A stretch of DNA of 64,000 nucleotides. Origin: Camelus ferus. Its lineage: Eukaryota. Positions 1 through 10,157 of this stretch are shown here, one piece after another (position 1 is the first letter of the stretch; every line of letters begins with the position of its first letter). The DNA is taken from NCBI RefSeq assembly GCF_009834535.1, contig NC_045696.1, positions 50,470,001 to 50,534,000 of the forward strand. Direction: 5' to 3'. The notes below the pieces were generated by a model. It ran no database searches. It was not told where the DNA came from and saw nothing but the letters and a program-made list of their open reading frames with translations. A program made the position numbers and the translations under genes.

Positions 1-473
1 GAGAGTAGAGAAGCTAAATAATGAACCATAGATGCTACTATAAGACATTAAGAAATTTCACCAGAAGAGCCTGGAGGAGAAAATTCTACCAGACTAAAAA
101 TTCATGAAGGTAACTTATGAGTGATTTTATTACCCTAATAAAATTATAATTATTTGTTTAAGAGTACATTTTATCTTGCAGTTAAAGCCATAATTATTTA
201 TTTTAAAGTATATTACACATGCCAATTTAGTAATACAGAAGGGAACATTAAAAGCAGAATCAGAAAGCCATTCTTTAGTATGGCTTTTTACAACAAATTT
301 CTCTATTATTCTTCTAGACAAATCTCTTTATTTTGAAGAGGAGAGGGAGATAAAGTAGAGGGTGGAAAGGACATTCTTGAATGAAATTTTTCTGCACATT
401 CCTTTTTCCTTCTTAAGGTTAACTCCTCTGAAAGAATGGAAAAATCAAACACAAAACTAGAACAATTACTAAC

Positions 474-722
474 CTTGATTCAACTGTATGGTCAGACTCT
501 TGTTGCCAGTCAAGTGGGAGACAGAGCAGGACACATTCTGTACATGGTGGCCCTCCCAGTGGCAGGTACTCTGGACAGTCACTGTGCCATTGCCCCAGGG
601 TTCTTGAACAGTGGTACAAGCCCTCTCTGGGGTCCAGGAGATCTGTGCAGCTGGCTTCCCTGCAGCTGCCTTGCACACTGCAGTTCCATCCTTGCTTTGA
701 ACCAGGGTCACCTCAGGGGGCA
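474..722 (-). CDS. CD200R1: CD200R1 exon 5 (Ig C2-set domain, 249 nt)
   Basis: Acceptor tttctgcag|TG, donor CAAG|gttagt; encodes VPPEVTL...AVCKAAAGKPAAQISWTPE...NGTVTVQSTCHW...VSCSVSHLTGNKSL (within ORF 469..822). Confidence 0.95.
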
Positions 723-841
723 CTGCAGAAATGTAGGGAAAATGCTTCAGTCTTAACACATGGGACGTGAAATTTAGAGAGAGATTTGCTTCAGTCCCAA
801 ATCTGGTTATCTGAAACACCACAATATATAGTGTTTCTTAC

Positions 842-1159
842 CTAAGACTTGGAGGTGATATCCATGATAGAAATTCCCATTAAGTGTTACCATTTCACAC
901 TTGTAATACCCATCGTGAGTGATGGCCACTGGGTTAATCTGAAGGGCAGGAATCTTGTCAGGTCTGGAGCCCCAGGTTATTATTCTCTCATCGGTGCAGT
1001 TTCCCTTTGTCTCATTTGTATCACCCCTGTAGACTCTGTTGCAGGGGGGCTTGTCTCTGAGGACTACTTCCCACGTTGTTAACAGCACAGCTGTACACAG
1101 CACAGGAGGGCAAGAGAGCACAGGCTTTGTATCCACTGGTACAGATCGTGTAGTGTTGA
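842..1159 (-). CDS. CD200R1: CD200R1 exon 4 (Ig V-set, CD200-binding domain, 318 nt)
   Basis: Acceptor gtgtccag|TC, donor TTAG|gtaaga; contains CPP, TWE, NCTDERI, SRPD, HDGYYKC and GNF..YHLQVL motifs typical of the CD200R V domain (within ORF 807..1181). Confidence 0.95.
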
Positions 1160-2664
1160 CTGGACACACACATACACACAAACAGAGAATTATAAGAGAA
1201 AAGCTTGATAAAGAAATTCATGTGTTAAAACTTATTCACAGCATATTCCATGAAGTTGTACTAGAACATTACTTTCCTGATGATCTTATTCCAGAAATAT
1301 TAGAATTATATAAGAAATTAACATTCATGAAATATATATATATAAAGTATTAAACCCATCCAAAGATTAACCATCTTTCTCTTGTATTATGTATCATTAG
1401 AGAAACAACATTTATTATATGTGTGACAAATTTTTTAAGGCATTATGAAATTAATTCAGGAATCTTGATATCTATGAAACAAACAGATGAGAAAACGGAA
1501 TCTAAATTAAAAGACAGTGTTCTGAATCTACTCTTTTGGCCACAGGACTATTAGATTTATCATATAATTCATACTCCTCACAGGGGAAAACGGAATAATT
1601 AGTGATGTGGTTTATCTCCTCCTAAGTTTTGATGAAAGTGAAAAAATCAGTAACATCAGAACTAAATACCTATCCATAAGGGTGGCTTTTCAGACAAATA
1701 TAAATGTGGAAAGATACAGTACTTTGATTAAAAATAACTAAGATGGCATTCAGGTTGAACAAGCTGGAAGGCTTTTTGTTTAATTTTTATTTGAAGAATT
1801 ACAAAGTCAGTGACATCAACAGATTTTAAAACAATCCGTAATTTCATTAGTTGGACCATCCCACAAAAATAAAAAATGATGATGCCTAATGGTAAGAGAT
1901 GCTTAGATGTATTTTTTCTGTTAAAAAAGTAACATAGTATATAAATATAAAACAAAGGGAAAATAAGTGTTTTCCTCTATAAATTTTCTGTTCAAAGGAT
2001 TTTATTGCAAATGTGATATTATCAACCTTTGAATGAGTTTCCTTTCCTTCCTATTCAGTCACATATGTACTCCCACATAGTTTGCTGTGAACTTTGCTCA
2101 CAGATTTTGTTTCCATACATTCAATATCATTATCAGGATTAAATACAGCATTGACCTATTTTTCCATATTTTAAAGTAAAAATTAAGAATAGAAAGCATC
2201 TTCCACTTAAAAGCTCGCTCTTTTCCATAAACTGACACGTGTCCCTGATTGATAGGCGTTTGCTGAGAGGTGATTAGGTGTATTTGTTGCAACTTACCTG
2301 TACAAAGGTGAGTGTCGGTGATTTCATCAGATTAACATGAACAGAACCAGCTGGGGTGGGGCAAAATTTTTATATGGATGAAGCTTATTTTTTCTAAACT
2401 TTTCACTTAATATCTCTGCTCTGCTCTGTTGCCTGCTCTGTGATGTATTCAATTTGCATTTTATAGCCCAATAAAGATCATATTACTAGATAAAGAAAGA
2501 GGGAGGATTTCAAAGGAAATCTAAGAGGGCAGTTAAATTCATGCTCTTTCCACCACTCCAAGTGGCATCCCCTCACAGAGGGAACCTCCAACTTGCCAAA
2601 GGCTTAGACACAGGCAGGCACATGGCTTGTTAGAGAACTGCCAGAGGTTGGGTGTAGGAAGTAT

Positions 2665-2712
2665 ATGTGCATCAGGGAAACATGCTGAATGTGCATCAGG
2701 GAAAGATGCTGA
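2665..2712. repeat. 24-bp tandem duplication
   Basis: ATGTGCATCAGGGAAA(C/G)ATGCTGA repeated twice with one mismatch. Confidence 0.9.
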
Positions 2713-3379
2713 AGATAAAACCAGAAAGATAAGAGACTGGTGAGGGATTCAGTGTTGAATGCTTTTCTGCAGTTCTTGGGATTTTGAACTTGAGCTTATA
2801 GGCAGTCAAAGGCATTAATGTTTTGCCTAATATTTGTCCTCAAGATCTGACTCTGTTTTTTTGTTTGTTTTTAAGGAAAGTACAAGCTAATCGAATAAAC
2901 ATGCATTTAAACAGGAGCACAGTATCCAAAAAGTGACTCCAATGGTGAGGATTTCAAGCACTGCAGATGTTCTATGTTCTTTCACCTTCCTTCTCTCTAT
3001 GACCTTTAGTCAATCACCCTTCACCTATAATGATAGTTCTAATGTTATTGATATTATTTCACCCTTTCTTCATTCTCTTCTTTCTTTGTTCATAGCTGTT
3101 GTGATAATTTACCAATGGCCAGTACTGCCCTCACACTCAGTGGGTCTGACACCTGCCTACAAATATATTCTCCATGCGCTCCTGTGATCAGATCAGGTGA
3201 TTTCACCTCTTACTTCACTAAGGTAGCGGGTAGATTGGCATCGTTGCTCCCACACTGGCAGACATATCCCATCTCTTCCCCATCCTTTGTCTATAAAATA
3301 TCTTCCAGTCTCATCTAACCTTAAGCACACAGACAAATTCCAGTTGGCTTTGAGGGATTTCCTTTCTTATCTCACAACC

Positions 3380-4012
3380 AAACCCTAGTTTAAGTCCCTG
3401 TCGCCCTGCACCAGGATTACTGCAAAAGCCTCCTAACTTCTGTCACTGTCTCAAAGTTCTTGTCCTTTCAGTTCATACCTTATGTTGCAGCCAGTACACC
3501 ATTCTGTAATACGCTGTGATTCTCTAAACTCTAAAACCCTTCAGAGATCTTTCACTGGGTGAAGAATAAGTTTAAATGTCTTCCTATTGGCTTTGAAAGC
3601 CTTCTTTTTTCAAATTGACTCACTTTGCAATCTTATCACCTACTACATTGCCCTCACACTCCAGGAAAAAAAAAATATCAAGCACATTTCCACTTCCATT
3701 TCCATGTCATTTCTCACATTGTTTTCACTCTTTGGGGCACCCTACACAATGCTCTTTTTCTATTCACTCTTCCTTTAAGACCCAGTTCACAGGCTGCATC
3801 CTCTGTGAGGCCTTTTCTAAGCCTTGGTGCTGAACTGCTCCCTCGCTGCCCTCCTGGTCCACTTGATGTGAGTGCTGATCTCCTCTGCTTATGTGATCGC
3901 CGTGCTCCTGTCTGGGTTCCGCACATCACTGCGCTCCCTGATAGTCTTGCTCATCTTGCTCATCTGTATGTCCCCCACAAAGCCCAGCACAGTGCCTGGC
4001 AGAGAAAGTTCC
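3380..4012 (+). mobile_element. L2 LINE 3' fragment
   Basis: GCAAAAGCCTCCTAACT..., ACCCTTCAG..., TCCTTTAAGACCCAGTTCA, ending CCCAGCACAGTGCCTGGCA. Confidence 0.7.
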
Positions 4013-4190
4013 ATAATCTTCCAATGGAATCAAACTGCTTTAGGGGAGGAGAGGTGGGTGGTTCAGGCTCCCTCATCCCACAGCGCTCAGATCACCACAT
4101 TCTTCAACTTCACACAAGGCTGGCACTTGGTCCAGACCTTCAACTATGTTTTTAAGGAAGCTCAACATTCTGTACTTAAGTACTGGCCTC

Positions 4191-4222
4191 AATAAACAAA
4201 ACAAAACAAAACAAAACAAAAA
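4191..4222. repeat. (AAAAC)n microsatellite
   Basis: Pentanucleotide run about 10 nt into CD200R1 intron 3 from the exon 3 donor. Confidence 0.85.
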
Positions 4223-4232
4223 GCCACATTAC

Positions 4233-4292
4233 CTTCTGAAGGAGGTGTTACAGTGCTCTGCTTTCTTGCTGTAGATGAAGTAATTATTGAAG
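4233..4292 (-). CDS. CD200R1: CD200R1 exon 3 (Ser/Thr-rich stalk, 60 nt, phase 1-1)
   Basis: Acceptor tttcctag|CT, donor GAAG|gtaatg; encodes (A)SIITSSTARKQSTVTPPSE, similar to the artiodactyl CD200R1 stalk as I recall it. Confidence 0.85.
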
Positions 4293-4800
4293 CTAGGAAA
4301 TATTTAGAGAAAAGTAGATGAAAACAATTTTAGGTATTTAAATGTAGTGAAAACCATTATTTCTCCACAAAACTTGTATACAACATAAGAGAAAATCAGT
4401 TAACCATAATTAAAATTACGCAAAAATCCTTGTAAAACAAATTAGAAGTTGTTCCACCATCATATGGAAAAGCATGTTAACATTTGAAAGTTACATTTAT
4501 AGGCTATTAATCAATGATTCCCTATTTCTGAGACACCTCTTTTTATACTTAAAACTATTTTGTACAAGGTAAGCCTGCCTCCACCCTTTTCCTAGCCATA
4601 ATGGGTTGGTCCATCATGGGCACCTCACATGAGCTGGGCTGATTACAGTCTTTCTCTCCAAATGCCACCTCCTGATTAAAATTGTTTGGACCAGTGGTGG
4701 GCATCTCACCCAGCTGGACAAATCAGAGTACTTTCTCAAGAATTTTGAAACCAGAACTGAGAAGAATAGTTTGTTCCTTTTCTTCCCTATTTTACCTTAC

Positions 4801-5228
4801 TGTGATGGTTAATTTTATGTGTCAACTTGGCTAATCCATCATACCCAAATAGTTGATCAAACATTATTCTAGATCTGTGAAGGTATTTTTAATCAGTAGT
4901 CTATGAGTAGAGCAAATTACCCCCCATAATGTGGGTGGGCCCCATCCAATCAATTTTAGGCTTTAATAGAGAAAGACTGACCTCTCAGGAAAGGGAATTC
5001 TGCCAGCAGTCTTCCTTCAGACTTAAACTGCAACTCTTCCCTGGATCTCCAGCCTGCTGGCCTACCCTGCAGATTTTGGACTTGCCAAGCCTCCACAGTC
5101 ACATGAGCCACTTCCTTAAAGTAAATCAGTTTCTCTTCCTGTCTCTCTCTGTCTCTGTATTTCTCTCTACAGGATGTATGTTCAACACATACATCCTGTT
5201 CTCTTCCTCTGAGGAACCCTGACTAATA
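4801..5228 (+). mobile_element. MLT2-type (ERVL) solo LTR
   Basis: Starts TGTGATGGTTAATTTTATGTGTCAACTTGG and ends GAACCCTGACTAATA; appears nested in an older LTR relic spanning about 4570-5400. Confidence 0.85.
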
Positions 5229-5844
5229 GGAACCTTGGGAAGAATGAAGCAGAAGCAGAGAGAGAGAGGACAGACCTCACCTAGCTCAAGTTCCCAATTC
5301 CATAGTTCCTGAGACCTACGTGCATTCCTTTCCTTGAGTTCAGTGGAGATTCTGATAGTCAAAATAGTCCTAATCTACTTAAATTTGGTTTCTTAAAAAC
5401 TTCTGTTTGTAGTGTTATTTTTTAAACATTAAAAAATTTTTAAATGCTTCTTGATTTAAGGGCCTAAAAAAGTTCTTCCTCTGGGTTTATAAGACCATCA
5501 TTCAATAAGCATTTGTGAGCTCTTTGCTTGTAAAAAATATACTTCTTGCTCCCCATTCTAATTTTCCATCAATTCTAATTCCAATTCTACCATATTATAA
5601 AATAAACAAAAAGACTCAATAAAGGTCTTAGAAATGATCAGTAAATAGGCCTCTGAAATATTTTAGCTTTTCTAGGCAGCTTTGGGCAGGAAGGAAAGCA
5701 AACAATGAGATTCTATTAAATTTAACTCATAATGGGCTCAAGGATCTATTCCAGAAACAGAGAAGTCAGAATTAATCTTAGAGGAATTACTGAGATCAGG
5801 CTATGTCTTAGATGTTCTAGACATAGCTCTATCATAGCATACAA

Positions 5845-6056
5845 TACAGCTTCGCCAAAGGACCAAAGAGTGAACATTTGAGGCTTTGTGGTCCATATAG
5901 TCTCTGTTGAAAGCATTCAACTCCAGCTGTAGCAGGAAGGAAGCAGCCATATATAACACATAAACTAATGTGCCTGGCTTTGTCCAATAAAATTTTATTT
6001 ACAGAAATATGCAGCTGGCTGGATTTTGCCCACAGGCCACAGTTTGCTAACTCTTG
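5845..6056 (+). mobile_element. MER58A-like hAT-Charlie DNA transposon
   Basis: GGCTTTGTGG.CCATA..GTCTCTGT, CCAATAAAATTTTATTTACA and GGCCACAGTTTGCTAACTCTTG motifs. Confidence 0.75.
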
Positions 6057-6274
6057 ATTTTATGGTATTTTGTTTGTTATAATTTCTTGCATTTACCACA
6101 ATTATAAATAAAAACAATAAACATCTACTAAGTATTCTATTTCCTTCTGCTTACTTTCCCTTTTAAAAACAAACTGAATCTCCAGTGACAACCCCAAGTT
6201 CTTCCTCAAATTAAATAAAATTTTATTCTATTTTTAACATGTTGCAACTCTTTCCTTCTTTTTGAATTATACTT

Positions 6275-6690
6275 TTGTCTGGATACGTCCACAGGAGTAG
6301 GATTACTGGATCATATAGTATATCTATTTTTAGTTTTTTGAGGAACCTCCATACTGTTTTCCATAGTGACTGCACCAATATACATTTCCACCAACAGTGT
6401 TAGGAGGGTTCCCTTTTCTCCACACCTTCTCCAGCACTTATTATTTGTAGGTTTTTTAATGATGGCCATTCTGACTGGTGTGAGGTGATACCTCTCTGTA
6501 GTTTTTATCTGCATTTCTCTAATAATTTGTGATGTTGAGCATCTTTTCATGTGCCTGTTGACTTCTGTGTGTCTTCTTTGGAGAAATGTCTGTTTAGGTC
6601 TTCTGCCCATTTTTTTTATTGGATTGTTTGTTTTTTGATATTAAGCTGTATGAGCTGTTTGTATATTTTGAAAATTAGTTCCTTGTTAGT
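6275..6690 (-). mobile_element. L1 ORF2 3' fragment
   Basis: ORF 6311..6610 gives [34 protein letters not shown]...[11 protein letters not shown], the L1 ORF2 C-terminal region. Confidence 0.9.
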
Positions 6691-7096
6691 TGAAAACAAC
6701 ATACATTTATTTTCTTATATTTCTGGAAGCCAGAAGTTTGAAATCAAAGTGTTAGCTGGGCTATATTCCTTCCAAAGCCCCTCGGAAAGAAAGCCCCTTC
6801 CTCTTTTCTTCCAGGCTTTGGTGGCTGCCAGCAATCGTTGGTGTTCCTTGGCTGGTAGAGGTATACACATTTCAACCTCTGCCTCCATCTTCACATGGCC
6901 TTTTCCCTTGTGTCTTCTCCTTTCCTTTTCTAAGAATACTTGTCATTAGATTTAGGGCCCACTCTAACCCAGGATGATCTCATCTGAAAGCCTTAGCTTG
7001 ATTACGTATTCAAAGACCCTTTTTCCAAATACAGCCACATTCATAGTATGCAAATGAACATATCTTGGGATGGGGGGCACCATTCAACCCACTACA
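6691..7096 (-). mobile_element. MLT1-type (MaLR) LTR, partial
   Basis: AACAAC..ATTTATT..TTCTGGA.GCCAGAAGT.TGAAATCAA.GTGT.AGC.GGG ... CCATTCAACCCACTACA. Confidence 0.8.
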
Positions 7097-7705
7097 CCCA
7101 TGCATTGTCCCTACCCCTGAGATTTATATAGTCATTTTATTTATTTTAGTCTGTAGTTTATATGGAATATAATTTTTCTAGATAGTGAATTATTGAGTGT
7201 AATTAGAAAGTATGTTTAATGAGTCCAAGAATGCATTTTGAAATCATTGGAATTATTTTTCCATTAAGTGCTCAATGTAAAATATATAACAAAAATAATA
7301 TTTTAAAATATAAAGACAAAGTTAACTATAATGGAAAACAAAAATTTGGGAGACAGTAAGGCTGGGTGGGGAATACAGAATAAACTACTAACAACTGATA
7401 AGACCTTTTTTTTAAAGTTCTCTAGAGTAAAAATCCATGTTTAAAAATTTGAATTTAAAAAATTTGGATATGCCATTGGTTTACTTTATGATCACATTCT
7501 TGAAATAGGTATTAAATAAGCACAGAAATAATATCAGAATGAAAAATTCACCAACATTTTAAAACATAAGCAATATTTCATTTAGGCAATTTTAGATAAT
7601 ACAGTCTATAAATACATTTAAGACAATTCAAGATCCTAAAATATAAAAACAATACAGTCATCAAGCACTTTTATATTAGAATTATCATTAAAAGATGAGC
7701 ATTAC

Positions 7706-7786
7706 CCAAACTGCAATTTTCCTTGACCATCTGCTGCATTGTGTTGTTTGATGTAACAGAACCTTCCATTCTTGCACTTATGCATT
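7706..7786 (-). CDS. CD200R1: CD200R1 exon 2 (N-terminal stalk, 81 nt, phase 1-1)
   Basis: Acceptor gtcttttcag|AA, donor TTGG|gtaatg; encodes (E)CISARMEGSVTSNNTMQQMVKENCSL with two N-glycosylation sequons. Confidence 0.85.
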
Positions 7787-9539
7787 CTGAAAAGACATAC
7801 GGGAAGAGAGGAATACACATTAGTATTTCTGACTCCTAATCAAAATCATATTATTTCACATTTTTGGGGGCCATTTTGGGGTTGCAGTTGCCAATAAAAG
7901 CATAAATTTTGACTGGCAAGCAAAAGTCTCAGAAAAATTCATTCCACTATAAACTTTTGATCTGATCTTCCCACCTGTTTGGCATACCCCTACTTTAGGC
8001 CTCACCACCCTCCTGTCTTTATATTCAAGTCAAAGAATTTCTTCTCCCAGGCTTATATGCCTTTAGTCTATCTCCACTTATGAAGAAGTGTTTTACTATC
8101 TGTTATAGACATTTCAGGCACCAGTAAGGAAGTAGAAGTTCAGTGCTGATGTGTTGATTGGATGCTGGTGAAGAACAAAAATGGAGTTTCCTGAACATTG
8201 TTGAAATCACATCACATAGACAACTGTCTAGTGGGTTCAAATTTTTTAAGGCAGGCTCTAAGTGAGAATTTCTAAAAAGCATTTTTAGAGCAGCAACTCC
8301 TGGCAAAGTACTCACTTAGCATAGAAACATCATAGTAAACAGTATCTTCCTCTCTCTATGAGCCTAAGGTCCAGGAGAGAAACTGTGTAAATAATTATAA
8401 CATAAAGTTTTTAATGTGATGATAGATGCATACATAATGTCCAGAAGTTTAAAAGAAGAGATGTTTAATTCTAAGAGAGCCGGGATAAGAGATTAGGAAA
8501 GACTTCCTACAATAGATGATATTTGAGCTGGATCTTAGAAGATGAAGAGTTTTAGAAAAATAAAAGTTAAAAGAAAATTGCACACAAAAAGAATGGTGTT
8601 TAGAAGAAGGCATAAAGCCATATGGGATTTTCAAAGAAATACACATAATTCAGTATTGCCATTATGTGAGAAAAACTGGATATGTGATTTGAATTGAGAC
8701 TGGATATTGGCAGGCTCTAACTGAGGAAGGCACCAAACTCCTAAAAGAGTTCAAAAGGAAATGATACACTTCCAGCGCATCTATGGTGGATATATCTGAC
8801 CAGTAGAGAGAAACATTTTAGGGTAAAATTCAATGCACAGTGTCTTTCTGGAGAAATTTTGAATATACTACCCCTCTTGGCTATGATTTTCTTTAATAAA
8901 ACACTGTTTTAAAATAATTTTTGAACACTTACATTAGGAACAAATTTTAGGTAATTTGCACATGTTATTCATTTTAATCTCTCCATATTGACAAGTATTA
9001 TCATCCTCATTTTACAGATAAAGAAATATAGACTCAAAGTAATGAATCAATTCGGCAAGTCCACCCAGCTTATAAGCTGCTCCAATTGCACAGTTATTCT
9101 TGTGCAAGTAGGTCTAACTGCAGTGAGTAGAAACCAAGAGTTGGATCCTTAAAAATACACTAAGATTAATACCCTACCCAAATTAACGTCAATTGAGAGA
9201 GTTGGAAAAGCAAATCCAAGCCATGTTTCTGTAGAAACACTGAGAGACAAAAGTCTGAAAGAGTACATCAGAAGGCAGGTCCATAGAATCAGGATTATAA
9301 TGGCATATGGACACAGCATTATGAATTCCAGATCTTAACGGAATAGTTAAGCTAAGGAGGAAGATTTGAGACCAAGATTCATGGACCAAACCCATCACTC
9401 CCTCACTAAATTGTAAGCTCCTGGAGGGCAGGGATTTTCATTTATGTTGTTCATTCTGCGTTCTTAGTGCATAATAGAGTGGTTTGCACAGCTCTCTGGC
9501 ATGTGGCTGCTCAAGCTGGGTTAAAAATAAAATAAAGGT

Positions 9540-10115
9540 CAACACAAACCTACAGCGAACTGGACTAAAGATACGGGCAGTTAGTTTATAGAAAAAGAAG
9601 TACAAATGTCTCTAATTCATTTAGAAAGAAGCTCAACATCATACACGGTAAAAGAAATGAAAATTCAAATTATGCAGAAATACCATTTCTCACCTGTAAG
9701 ATTATCAAAATTTAAAGTTCGACAACATACTCTGTTTTCAAAGCTGTGGAGAGATAGGCATGCCAATATACTGCTGGTGGGAATGCAAAATGTTACAACT
9801 TACATAATGGAAAATTTGACAATAAGTAGCAAAGTTACATATGCATTTTCCTTTTGACCCAGCAATGTCACTTCTGAGAATCTATCCCAAAGATACGCAT
9901 GCAACAGTATGAAAGAATATATATATACAGAAGACTAGTCATTACAGCACTGTAATAGCAAGACTTTCAGAAATAACCCAAATAGCTACCTACAGGGAAC
10001 TAGTTGTCTAAACTATGGTACATCCACACAATGAAGTACAATGAAACTCTAATAGAGGATAAGGGATATCTTTACATAATATGATACCATGTATCTAAGA
10101 CATGATGAGAGGAGT

Positions 10116-10157
<42 letters not shown>

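Noticed and set aside
130..321. Minus-strand ORF ending IIIILLG as a possible CD200R1 transmembrane exon
   Set aside because: No suitable acceptor in phase, no 20-residue hydrophobic helix and no similarity to the CD200R transmembrane region; the real exon must lie left of the window.
436..1353. Plus-strand ORFs 436..756, 849..1082 and 1039..1353
   Set aside because: Antisense shadows of the CD200R1 Ig exons.
3625..4155. 176-aa plus-strand ORF
   Set aside because: Lies largely in an L2 relic with locally raised GC; no domain similarity or splice support.
8316..8363. 48-nt exon-like segment in CD200R1 intron 1 (cttag|GC...TAA|gtgagt, minus strand)
   Set aside because: In-frame TAG at its third codon and weak exonic donor context; such pseudo-exons are expected by chance in a 21-kb intron.
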